Source: a virus (Duplodnaviria > Caudoviricetes). Taken from it: a stretch of DNA of 30,934 nt. Each line of letters begins with the position of its first letter. Position 1 is the stretch's first letter. The DNA is taken from positions 1 through 30,934 of IMG/VR virus record IMGVR_UViG_3300025270_000050, one strand, 5' to 3'. Position numbers and translations under genes: made by a program. The notes below the pieces were generated by a model, which saw only the letters and a list, made by a program, of their open reading frames with translations, ran no database searches and had not been told where the DNA came from. This document shows positions 1 through 8,497 of this stretch, piece after piece.

Positions 1-1203
1 CAAGAGTACGAATCAGAGGAGGAGGAACTCGCCGACATGGTGGCCGACAACGACATTGCGGAACTCGCCGAGATGGATCTCGACATCCGGAGCTCAATTC
101 TTGCGGAGCTCGAAGCGATGGACTATCCGATGGAGCTCGTCGACTTCTCCGAGGCGGAAGAGGAGGAGCCCTTCGCGGGACTGACCGACGAAGACCGCCT
201 GCCCGATGAGGTTGAGAAGAAGACGAAGCCAGGAGAGTTGTGGCAGCTTGGCGAGCACCGGCTCTTGTGCGGGGACTGTCGAGAAGCCGATTCTGTGGCG
301 AGGCTCATGGACGGCCGGCAAATCAACGTCGCGATCACCTCGCCGCCGTATGCGAGCCAGCGAAAGTATGACGAGGAGAGCGGGTTCAAGCCGATCCCTC
401 CCGACGCTTTCGTCGAGTGGTTCGACGGGGTGCAGAAGCAGGTCGCGGCACATCTCGCCAGCGATGGCTCTTGGTTCGTCAATATCAAGGAGCACTGTGA
501 AGACGGTCAGCGGGTTCTCTATGTGAAGGAGTTGACCCTCGCCCATGTTCGTGAGTGGGGATGGCGCTTCGTCGACGAGTACATCTGGACGCATGGCGGA
601 ACTCCGAAGAGAGCGAGGCAACGCTTCAAGAACGGGTGGGAACCGATCTTCTGGTTCACGAAGGACACGCACAAATTCAGGGCGGAATCTGTGATGCACT
701 CGACCGACAACGTGCCGGACTGGACCGAAGAGGCTGCTCGTCACGGGGGGCAGTATCACCCGAGCATGAGATCGGGTCAGGTTGAGGGCACCTCGCATCA
801 GCGTTTGACGCAAGGGAAGCAGACGAGGACGACGAGATCGAGAGACGGCCGGGCTTCCGGCAACGTCGCAAAGGCTCAAGGCAAAAAGAATCAGGTGGGA
901 GGATATACCTCCTCCGATCTCCTTGCCTACCCGTCGAACGTCCTATCGTTCGGCAAGAACCGGGAGGCGCTTGGCCATGCCGCGGCCTACCCTGTGCGGC
1001 TTCCCGAGTTCTTTATCCGAGCGTGCTCCGACGAAGGGGACGCAATCTACGACCCGTTCATGGGGAGCGGGACAACGATCATCGCCGCCGAGCGGCTTGG
1101 TCGGAAGTGCTATGGAATGGAGATCTCTCCGGGCTACTGCGACATCATCATCCAGCGATGGGAAGACCACACCGGCAAGACCGCCGTGTTGATTGCAGGA
1201 TGA
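1..1203 (+). CDS. ParB-like N-domain/DNA N4-C or N6-A methyltransferase fusion (beta class), 5'-truncated
   Basis: Frame is open from base 1 (QEYESEEEELADMVADNDIAELAEMD, resembling the ADN-x-IAE tail of ParB-like domains); GELWQLGEHRLLCGD, catalytic TSPPY preceding SAM-binding DPFMGSGTT. Confidence 0.9.
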   Translation, partial: QEYESEEEELADMVADNDIAELAEMDLDIRSSILAELEAMDYPMELVDFSEAEEEEPFAGLTDEDRLPDEVEKKTKPGELWQLGEHRLLCGDCREADSVARLMDGRQINVAITSPPYASQRKYDEESGFKPIPPDAFVEWFDGVQKQVAAHLASDGSWFVNIKEHCEDGQRVLYVKELTLAHVREWGWRFVDEYIWTHGGTPKRARQRFKNGWEPIFWFTKDTHKFRAESVMHSTDNVPDWTEEAARHGGQYHPSMRSGQVEGTSHQRLTQGKQTRTTRSRDGRASGNVAKAQGKKNQVGGYTSSDLLAYPSNVLSFGKNREALGHAAAYPVRLPEFFIRACSDEGDAIYDPFMGSGTTIIAAERLGRKCYGMEISPGYCDIIIQRWEDHTGKTAVLIAG

Positions 1204-1223
1204 GATTGCGCTAGAGTGGGACA

Positions 1224-1676
1224 ATGAAAGACACCGACGCACTCGGAAGGAGAAGGCACCCCAACCAGAATGCCGGAGCCAATGGACTCCCGGGAGCCGG
1301 GGACGGGGGAGAGGATCTCACCTGTCCTGCGTGGCTCGGCAAGGTGGGCAAGGAGGAGTGGGCGCGTGCCGTGAGGGATCTCCGGGCGGCGGGGATTCTC
1401 TCCGCCAAGGACGCTCCCTCACTCGAGCTCTACGCCGGAGCCTTCGAGGAGTATCGGTGGGCGCGGGCCGAGGTCGTGAAGAACGGAATAACGACGATGA
1501 CTAAAACCGAACGGGGCCATGACATCGAGAGGAAGAATCCAGCCTGCACCGTTATGAATAGCGCGTGGGCAAGATGCCGCACCCTCCTCCACGAACTCGG
1601 GCTCACGCCTAGGAGCGGGATGGGATCGGAGGGAGCAGGGGGAGATGACTTCGAGAAGCTCATGGGGTTGTGTTGA
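1224..1676 (+). CDS. terS: Terminase small subunit, P27 family
   Basis: CPAWL..EW, KNPA, ELGLTPRS motifs; directly upstream of TerL. Confidence 0.9.
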   Translation: MKDTDALGRRRHPNQNAGANGLPGAGDGGEDLTCPAWLGKVGKEEWARAVRDLRAAGILSAKDAPSLELYAGAFEEYRWARAEVVKNGITTMTKTERGHDIERKNPACTVMNSAWARCRTLLHELGLTPRSGMGSEGAGGDDFEKLMGLC

Positions 1677-3382
1677 GCGACGGAAAAAGGGCGACGGAAT
1701 ATGCGGAAGCGATCATCGCCGGGGAGATCCTTGCGGGGGGGAAAGTCATCCGGGCCTGCGAACGGCACCTTGCGGATCTCAAGAGAGCCGAAGAAGAGAG
1801 CTTCCCGTACTACTTTGACACGGCTGCAGTCGACAGGGTCCTCAAGTTCGCCGGGCTCTGCTACCACTACAAGGGTCCGCTGGCCGGGAAGCCGTTCGAG
1901 CCCGATCCCTTTCAAGCCTTCATCCTCGGATCGATCATGGGGTGGAAGAGCAAGGCCACCGGGCTCCGACGCTTTCGGATTGCCTACGTCGAGATGGGAA
2001 GGAAGAACGCCAAGACATTCCTGGCCGCGGTGCTCGCCTTGTATCTCCTGGCACTGGACGGCGAGTCGGGTGCCGAGATCTACTCCGCCGCCACGAAGAT
2101 GAAGCAAGCCAAGATCGTTTGGGACATGGCCGAGAAGATCAGCCGCCGCTCGCCTTGTCTCAAAAACAAATTCCGCACCCGCTACTCGAAGCTCGAATTC
2201 GAACGCACCGACAGCTTCTTTGAACCTCTCCCGGCTGACAGCGACAAGCTCGACGGGCTCAACCCGCACGTCGGGATAGCGGACGAGTTCCACGCTTGGC
2301 CGCACCGCGGGCTCTGGGATCAACTTGAAGACGGGATGGGAGCCAGGGACCAACCGCTCATCTTCACGATCACGACAGCCGGGCATGACAAGGACGGGAT
2401 TTGCTATCAGGTCCGGACCCATTGTTGCAACGTGTTGGAGCTCGACGGCTACGACGACGAGGAGACCTTCGTCTTCATCGCGTCTCCGGATCAGGAGGAC
2501 ATTGACTCCCCGGACGGCTGGAAGAAACGGTCGACATGGGACAAGGCCAACCCGGCACTCGGGACCGCGAAGAACCTCGACTTCATGGAGGCGCAGATCG
2601 ACCGGGCAATCCAGATGCCCAGCAAGGAGAACGCAGTCAAGACCAAGCAACTCAACATTTGGACGAGCGGACAAATCAAGTGGCTTGACGTCGCGAGGTT
2701 CGAAGACTGCAGCAGGACAAAACTTTCCTACCCCGACGCATGGGAATCGATGGTCGGCCGGGAGTGCTTCACCGGGCTCGACCTCTCCGCGAAGATTGAC
2801 TTCACCGCCGCCGCTCATCTCTTCCCTCCGACCGAGAAGGATGAGCGGTGGGCGATCCTTCTTCGGCTCTGGGTTCCGGAGGCGACCGCTGAACTCAGAG
2901 AGCGAAGGGATCGGATCCCTCTCAGGAAGTGGGTCAAGGAGGGGTTCGTGCAGCTAACCGATGGAGAGGTGGTGGACTATGATCAAGTCGAAGCTGATCT
3001 CAAAAGCGATGGAGACTTGTTCCGGATCAAGGAGATCGGGTTCGACCCTTGGAACGCCGGAGCGACCGCGACGCACTTGGAGCTCGAAGGGTTCGAGATG
3101 GTGCAGATGCGCCAAGGGTTCGCGACGATGGCGCACCCGACCAAGGAGTTTGAGGTCATGGTCCTGCGACGGCAGTTCGAACACTTCGGGAACCCAGCTC
3201 TGCGTTGGATGGCCAAGAACGCTCAGGTCGTCAGGGACAGCAACGACAACCTGCGCCCGGGGAAGAACCGGAGCGCCGACCGAATCGATGGAATCGTGGC
3301 GACCATCATGGCTCTCGGGAGAGCGCTGGTCAGTGCCGACGCGGAGAGCGTCTACGAACGGCGGGGGCCATTGGTGTTGTGA
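1670..3382 (+). CDS. terL: Terminase large subunit (HK97-like, Terminase_1 type)
   Basis: Walker A GRKNAKT, Walker B GIADEFH, ITTAG, nuclease GLDLS, FDPWNA and RIDGIVA motifs. Confidence 0.97.
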   Translation: MLSDGKRATEYAEAIIAGEILAGGKVIRACERHLADLKRAEEESFPYYFDTAAVDRVLKFAGLCYHYKGPLAGKPFEPDPFQAFILGSIMGWKSKATGLRRFRIAYVEMGRKNAKTFLAAVLALYLLALDGESGAEIYSAATKMKQAKIVWDMAEKISRRSPCLKNKFRTRYSKLEFERTDSFFEPLPADSDKLDGLNPHVGIADEFHAWPHRGLWDQLEDGMGARDQPLIFTITTAGHDKDGICYQVRTHCCNVLELDGYDDEETFVFIASPDQEDIDSPDGWKKRSTWDKANPALGTAKNLDFMEAQIDRAIQMPSKENAVKTKQLNIWTSGQIKWLDVARFEDCSRTKLSYPDAWESMVGRECFTGLDLSAKIDFTAAAHLFPPTEKDERWAILLRLWVPEATAELRERRDRIPLRKWVKEGFVQLTDGEVVDYDQVEADLKSDGDLFRIKEIGFDPWNAGATATHLELEGFEMVQMRQGFATMAHPTKEFEVMVLRRQFEHFGNPALRWMAKNAQVVRDSNDNLRPGKNRSADRIDGIVATIMALGRALVSADAESVYERRGPLVL

Positions 3383-3624
3383 CTCCGAACCGACCACCGC
3401 GATCGATGACCGGCCCCGAATACCGGGAGCGCTGCGACGCTCTCGGCTTGTCGGTCACCGTCCTGGCCGAGGTCCTCGGAGTCAATCGGCGGGGATTGCA
3501 TAAACGATTCGTGCCGGAATCGGTGGTGAGAACCGAAGCGGTCCTCGCGCTCGAGATGATTGAACACCGGGTTCTTGCTTTGCGATACGATCGCCTGCTG
3601 ACCCGGAGCCGCGAGGACAAGTGA
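3379..3624 (+). CDS. Small HTH (XRE/Cro-like) DNA-binding protein
   Basis: GTGA overlap with the terL stop (alternative ATG at 3406); MTGPEYRERCDALGLSVTVLAEVLGVNRRGL has an HTH pattern. Confidence 0.65.
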   Translation: MTPNRPPRSMTGPEYRERCDALGLSVTVLAEVLGVNRRGLHKRFVPESVVRTEAVLALEMIEHRVLALRYDRLLTRSREDK

Positions 3625-3683
3625 ACAAAGTTCTCTTCTCGGCGCATGGCGGCGGTGGGCAAGGACGGGCAAAATGAACGCGA

Positions 3684-4895
3684 GTGAATTGGCCATTCGT
3701 AAAGAGGCGCAAGGCTGATGTGCAGGCGAGCACGGTGTCCGACCCGGCCTCGTGGCTCATCGATGCCTTGAGCAGACAGAGCTCAAGCGGGCTCTCGGTG
3801 ACACCCGGGAAGATCCTCGGGATCGCGGTCGTGTATGCTTGCGTCAATGTGATCTCGAAGTGCTTCGCCACTCTCCCGATCCGGCTTTACCAAGGGGGAC
3901 CGGATGGGAGCAAACAGATTTTGCGACTCGACCCGATGCACCAGTTGCTAGCGGTCAAGCCTAACCCGGAGATGACCTCGGTCGATTTCCGCCGCGTGAT
4001 GCAGGCGCACCTCTCGCTTCATAACAATGCCTACGCCGAGGTCGTGCGCGATGGCGCAGGCCGTCCCGCCGAACTCTGGCCGATTCATCCCGCGAACATC
4101 ACCCCGGACCGAGGCGACGACGGGATTCTTTTTTACAGGTTCCGCCATCAACTCGACGGCCGCGATCCGCTCCCGATGTCGGACGTCCTGCAACTTCGAG
4201 GGCTCACCTTTGACGGGGTCTATGGCTTTGACCCGGTCGGCGGTCTTCGAGATGTTTTCGGGCTGGCAATGGCGCTCGACACGAACGCGGCCAAGTTCTT
4301 CGCCAATGATTCGAAGCCCGGCACAATTCTCTCCACCGAGCAAGCTCTCAGTGACCGCGCCTATAACCGACTCAAGGAGTCAATGGAGAAGAGCCGCGGA
4401 GTGGAGAAGGCGCACCAGTACAAGATCTTCGAGGAGGGACTCAAGATCCTCACCGCCCGGCAAGCGAACCGCGAGAGCCAGATGGATGAGAGCCGGGCGC
4501 GACAGTCCCTTGAGATCTGCCGAATCTACAACGTCCCTCCCCACAAAGTTCAGATCCTCGACAACGCAACCTTCTCCAATATCGAGGAGCAACAGATCGA
4601 TTGGGTCGCCGATTGCATTCTGCCGCTGGCGGTGACCTGGGAGGCCGCACTCGGTCGCCTTCTTCTAAGTGATCGCGACCGGGTCACCGGCAAGTTTTTC
4701 AAGATAGATCTCCGCGGGCTCATGCGTGGAAAGATGATCGAGCGGGCCGACTATTACTCGAAGCTGATCACGGCCGGAGTTCTGTCACGCAACGAAGCCC
4801 GCGTCTTCGAGGACCTCGACCCGGTCGACGGGCTCGACGAGATGCTTGAGCCGATGAACATGCAACCGGCGGGAGCCAGATCAGAACAAGACTAA
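3684..4895 (+). CDS. Portal protein, HK97 family
   Basis: AVVYACVNVIS..ATLP, PNPEMT, NAYAE, EICRIYNVPPHK, ATFSNIEEQ, NEARVFEDL motifs. Confidence 0.97.
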   Translation: MNWPFVKRRKADVQASTVSDPASWLIDALSRQSSSGLSVTPGKILGIAVVYACVNVISKCFATLPIRLYQGGPDGSKQILRLDPMHQLLAVKPNPEMTSVDFRRVMQAHLSLHNNAYAEVVRDGAGRPAELWPIHPANITPDRGDDGILFYRFRHQLDGRDPLPMSDVLQLRGLTFDGVYGFDPVGGLRDVFGLAMALDTNAAKFFANDSKPGTILSTEQALSDRAYNRLKESMEKSRGVEKAHQYKIFEEGLKILTARQANRESQMDESRARQSLEICRIYNVPPHKVQILDNATFSNIEEQQIDWVADCILPLAVTWEAALGRLLLSDRDRVTGKFFKIDLRGLMRGKMIERADYYSKLITAGVLSRNEARVFEDLDPVDGLDEMLEPMNMQPAGARSEQD

Positions 4896-5728
4896 TGGAA
4901 AAGATTCTCATGAAAGCACTTGGCCCCGACCGCCAGGACAGCCGCTATTGGTTTGCGGAAGCAGCCAAGCGGGCGAAGAGGAAGTTCGGCACCGACGAAG
5001 TATTCGGGGAGAAGCCGGAGTGGCTTAATATTTCGATGCTTGAGGATCGGGTCGCCGAGCTCCGAATCTATGGACAGATAACCGAGTTCCCGTGGATGGA
5101 CGGAGAGGTCAGCGCCACCCAGATCTATGAGGAACTCTCCGGGCTAGAGGCGGATGAGATACACGTCCGGATCAACTCACCGGGCGGGAGCGTCTTCGAA
5201 GGGCTGGCGATCTACTCCCTGCTCAGAGAACAGAAGGCGAAAGTGATCGGTCACATCGACGGCATTGTGGCGAGTGCGGCAACCTTCCCGGCTCTGGGAT
5301 GCGACGAACTCCAGATGTGCGAGGGAGGTCAGTTCATGATCCATAAGCCTTACACCCTCGAGGTCGGCAACTCCGACGAGATGAGGAGGACCGCCGACAT
5401 CCTCGACAAGATCGAGAGCGGGATGGTCGCGCTCTACCAGCGGAAGACCAAAGCAACGAAGGCGGAGATCCGCTCGATGGTAACTGACGAGACATGGATG
5501 ACCGCCGCGGAAGCGCTGGAGATGGGGTTCGTCGATTCGATTGCCGAAGCGCAGGAAGCGGAAGAGGAGCCAGCCAGGACGACCGAGACAGTCGCACAAA
5601 AGATTTCCGAGCCCGTCGAGGCTCAAAAAGATTTCCATGTTGGTGAGGAGCCAGCCCGGGAAAAGATTGCTCATGGAGCGAAGGCACGTCGCCTTGATCT
5701 CTTCGAGCGACAACTCACAACAAACTAG
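4895..5728 (+). CDS. ClpP-like (S14) prohead maturation protease
   Basis: VRINSPGGSVFEG, GIVASAAT (catalytic Ser), FMIH, ETWMTAAEALEMGFVD; TAATG overlap with portal. Confidence 0.93.
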   Translation: MEKILMKALGPDRQDSRYWFAEAAKRAKRKFGTDEVFGEKPEWLNISMLEDRVAELRIYGQITEFPWMDGEVSATQIYEELSGLEADEIHVRINSPGGSVFEGLAIYSLLREQKAKVIGHIDGIVASAATFPALGCDELQMCEGGQFMIHKPYTLEVGNSDEMRRTADILDKIESGMVALYQRKTKATKAEIRSMVTDETWMTAAEALEMGFVDSIAEAQEAEEEPARTTETVAQKISEPVEAQKDFHVGEEPAREKIAHGAKARRLDLFERQLTTN

Positions 5729-5732
5729 GGAT

Positions 5733-6938
5733 ATGAACCTAAACGAAACAAAAGGACGGCGCGGTGCTCTCGTAGCAGAAATGCGCTCGGTGCTCGACGA
5801 GGCGAAGGGCCGGGAGCTCGACGCCGAAGAGGAAACCAAGTACGCATCGATGGAGAAGGAGTTCGACAAGCTCTCCAAAGAGGTGGAACTGGAAGAGGCT
5901 CTCGCGAAGCGGGAGTCAAACATGGCGCTCATCAGTGACCGACCGGTCGCGGTGGTGCCGGGAGCCAATCCGGATGATCCGGCTCCGAGTGGGAAGAAGC
6001 GCCCGACAGCGCGTGCCGAGTATGGTGCGGCCTTCATGAATTACGTTCGCGGCCAGAGGACGCAGGACGTGAGGAACCAGATGGAGGAAGGCACTGACTC
6101 AGAAGGCGGCTACCTCGTCCCCGAGTCGTGGTCCGATGCGATCACGGTGGGAGCGGCAGACGCCAACGTCATCCGGCGCTACGCGACAGTCATCCAAACT
6201 GCAAGCGATCGGAACTTCCCGATCCAGACGGTGCGGGCCTCGTTCGATTGGATCGATGAGGAGGCTGCCTACAGCACCCCCATCCCGACCCTCGGTCAGC
6301 AGACCCTCAAGGCTTACAAGCTGGGCGGAGTGATCAAGGTTTCGGAGGAGCTCTTGGAAGACGAGATCTTCGATCTCCCGAGCTTCCTTCAACGGGAAGC
6401 GATCATCGAGTTTGCGCTCAATGAGGAAGCTGCCTTCATCACCGGAAACGGTACCGGCAAGCCCGAAGGGATCGAGGACGTCACCACTGTCGGCGGCGTC
6501 TCTACCAGCGGCGTCTCCCTTGCGGGGACCGCGGTCATCACCTCCGACGAGGTGCTCGATGTCTACCACAACCTCGCAGTCGGCTACCGGTCAAACTCGA
6601 CCTGGGTCACCTCCGACGCGATGTGCCTGCTGATCCGCAAGCTGAAGGACTCCGACAACCAGTACCTCTGGCAACCGGGGCTCTTCGCGGAGCAACCGGA
6701 CCGTCTGCTCGGTCGTCCCTTCGAAGTGAGCGACAGCTTCACCGCTCCGGCCACCGGAGTCCGCTCGATCTGCTTCGGCGATCTGAGCTACTACGTCATC
6801 GCAGACCGACTCGGCGTGAGCGTCAAGCGGCTCGATGAGCTCTACGCCGCGAACGGCCTTGTCGGCTTCCGCTTCACCAAGCGGGTTGACGGTCGCCTGA
6901 CGAAGAGCGACGCGCTCACCTACGGCACCCAAGCCTAA
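5733..6938 (+). CDS. Major capsid protein, HK97 fold, with N-terminal coiled-coil scaffold (delta) domain
   Basis: GTDSEGGYLVP, KVSEELLED, FITGNGTGKPEGI, KLKDSDNQYLWQP, FGDLSYY; start placed at ATG 5733 just after the protease stop. Confidence 0.97.
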   Translation: MNLNETKGRRGALVAEMRSVLDEAKGRELDAEEETKYASMEKEFDKLSKEVELEEALAKRESNMALISDRPVAVVPGANPDDPAPSGKKRPTARAEYGAAFMNYVRGQRTQDVRNQMEEGTDSEGGYLVPESWSDAITVGAADANVIRRYATVIQTASDRNFPIQTVRASFDWIDEEAAYSTPIPTLGQQTLKAYKLGGVIKVSEELLEDEIFDLPSFLQREAIIEFALNEEAAFITGNGTGKPEGIEDVTTVGGVSTSGVSLAGTAVITSDEVLDVYHNLAVGYRSNSTWVTSDAMCLLIRKLKDSDNQYLWQPGLFAEQPDRLLGRPFEVSDSFTAPATGVRSICFGDLSYYVIADRLGVSVKRLDELYAANGLVGFRFTKRVDGRLTKSDALTYGTQA

Positions 6939-6956
6939 GCAGCCATTGTGGTGTTA

Positions 6957-6988
6957 GTTCCGGGGGCGGTTTCGACTGCCCCCGGAAC
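6957..6988 (+). promoter_or_regulatory. Stable hairpin (14-bp stem, UUCG loop) after the capsid gene
   Basis: GTTCCGGGGGCGGT-TTCG-ACTGCCCCCGGAAC; one G-U pair; no following U tract. Confidence 0.75.
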
Positions 6989-7003
6989 CCTCCACTTGAA
7001 CCG

Positions 7004-7198
7004 ATGGAAACACGATTGACTGCGCTCAAGAATTTCGTCCTCGGAAAGGACAGGATCGAAGAGGGGGAATCCTTCGACACCGATCCGGCGACCGCCGCTC
7101 GGCTTGTCCAAAAGGGAATCGCCCGGGCCGGGGAACCGGCAACAGAACCGAAGAAGAAGGCCGCGAAGAAGAAGGCCGCAAAAAAGCAGGGGAAATGA
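7004..7198 (+). CDS. Small head-region protein with Lys/Ala-rich tail
   Basis: 64 aa between capsid and connector; ends PKKKAAKKKAAKKQGK. Confidence 0.75.
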   Translation: METRLTALKNFVLGKDRIEEGESFDTDPATAARLVQKGIARAGEPATEPKKKAAKKKAAKKQGK

Positions 7199-7199
7199 A

Positions 7200-7364
7200 A
7201 TGACTGTAACACTCACCAAGGACATCCGGATCGCCGGGGTGTCCCACAAGAAGGGGGACGAGCTCGAAGTCTCCGAATCAACTGCGAACCTCCTGGCCGA
7301 TTGCAGCGGAGGCAAGGCCAAGAAGAAGGCCGGCAAAAAAGAAGCGTCTACCTCAGAGGGTTAG
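7200..7364 (+). CDS. Small head-region protein with Lys-rich tail
   Basis: ATG 7200; MTVTLTKDIRIAGVSHKKGDELEVSESTANLL...KAKKKAGKK; abuts both neighbours. Confidence 0.7.
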   Translation: MTVTLTKDIRIAGVSHKKGDELEVSESTANLLADCSGGKAKKKAGKKEASTSEG

Positions 7365-8165
7365 ATGTTCAAAAGCCTCAAGAGAATCTCTGCTCCCTCC
7401 GTTCGGTTGGTATCGACTGCCGACGCGAAGGAGCATCTCCGCGTCACAGACAGCGACGAGGACTCGCTGATTGATGCTCTCGTCGCCGCCGCGACCGAGA
7501 AGCTCGAAGACCATCTTCGGCAATCATTCATGCAGCAGACGTGGCAGGTCCGATTGGACAGCCTGCCGGTCGCCGGGGTTGAGCTCCCCCGCTCTCCCTT
7601 CATCGTGGTCGATCGGGTTTCCTATTGGCCGACCGCCGCCACCACCGAGCTCCGGGGAAGGGGCGCGAAATTGGTGATCTCGACCACGGCGGTCCTCGAT
7701 CAGGTCATGTCCAGCGGAGCATCAACCTGCCGGGTCACCGATCAGAACGGGACCTTCGAGAACAAGAATCTTGCGGGGAGCGTTTCGCCCGGCTCAACAT
7801 CTACTTCCTTCTCGACCGTCGACAGCATTGCGGACGGGACCTACGCCGTCGACTACTGGGAGAACGAGTCAAGTGTCTGGACCCGCTTCCTCGACTTCGA
7901 TGTGGAGCCTTCTATCCCCGCCGTCCTCCGCCCGAAGGATGACGACGTGCCGGATGTCGAGAGCGATCAAGGTCCGCCCTGGCTGATCAATTATGTTGCA
8001 GGCTACGGTCCCGCAACGACCGACGTCCCCGACGCAATCATCGCGGCGGTGAAGGGACTGATGACCCACCTCTTCGAGCACCGCGGCGAAGATCCGCGGC
8101 AAGTTCCCATTCCGGATTTCATAAAATACATGGTCGCCGGATACGTCGTCCCGCACCGACTGTGA
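7365..8165 (+). CDS. Head-tail connector (gp6-like) with central insertion
   Basis: VSTADAKEHLRV...EDSLIDALVAAA, QQTW, YVAGYG..DVPDAIIAAV...HLFEHRG. Confidence 0.9.
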   Translation: MFKSLKRISAPSVRLVSTADAKEHLRVTDSDEDSLIDALVAAATEKLEDHLRQSFMQQTWQVRLDSLPVAGVELPRSPFIVVDRVSYWPTAATTELRGRGAKLVISTTAVLDQVMSSGASTCRVTDQNGTFENKNLAGSVSPGSTSTSFSTVDSIADGTYAVDYWENESSVWTRFLDFDVEPSIPAVLRPKDDDVPDVESDQGPPWLINYVAGYGPATTDVPDAIIAAVKGLMTHLFEHRGEDPRQVPIPDFIKYMVAGYVVPHRL

Positions 8166-8497
8166 GAGCGCTCTCCAAACAGACGAAGAAGATCACGATC
8201 TCGACGCTGACCACCAGTGTCAACGATCTCGGCGGCTTGGACGATACATGGGACACCGGAATCTTGGTATGGGCCGAGCGGGACAACGTCAAGGGCGGCT
8301 CCGGAATTGAGGCCGAGCAGGAAGTTGCGGACGCCGATGTGAAGTTCACGATCCGCTACTCGACCACCGTGGCCGGGTACAACCCCATGCAGCAACGGGT
8401 GACGGTTGGCTCCGAAACTTTCGACATTGTCGCCATTGTTCCCGAACCGGCGAACCGGCCCCAGGTCATGCACCTCTACGGGAAGCGGGCGTTATGA
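8162..8497 (+). CDS. Head-tail adaptor / head closure protein
   Basis: NDLGG...TW..VWA, KFTIRY, ETFDIVAI; position after the connector; GTGA overlap. Confidence 0.85.
   Translation: MRALSKQTKKITISTLTTSVNDLGGLDDTWDTGILVWAERDNVKGGSGIEAEQEVADADVKFTIRYSTTVAGYNPMQQRVTVGSETFDIVAIVPEPANRPQVMHLYGKRAL

Noticed and set aside
1-1203. Restriction-modification system
   Set aside because: No adjacent restriction endonuclease; the nucleases present fit recombination and packaging roles
1430-2818. 462-aa antisense ORF (and similar ones at 5177..6037, 15367..16188, 18038..19054, 27089..27928)
   Set aside because: Shadow ORFs opposite well-supported genes, expected from high-GC codon bias; no motifs
5541-5732. 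N-terminal extensions given in the ORF track (capsid 5541, also 10022, 11374, 17792, 24786, 25433, 28303)
   Set aside because: They overlap upstream genes; downstream ATGs coupled to or just after the previous stop are more plausible
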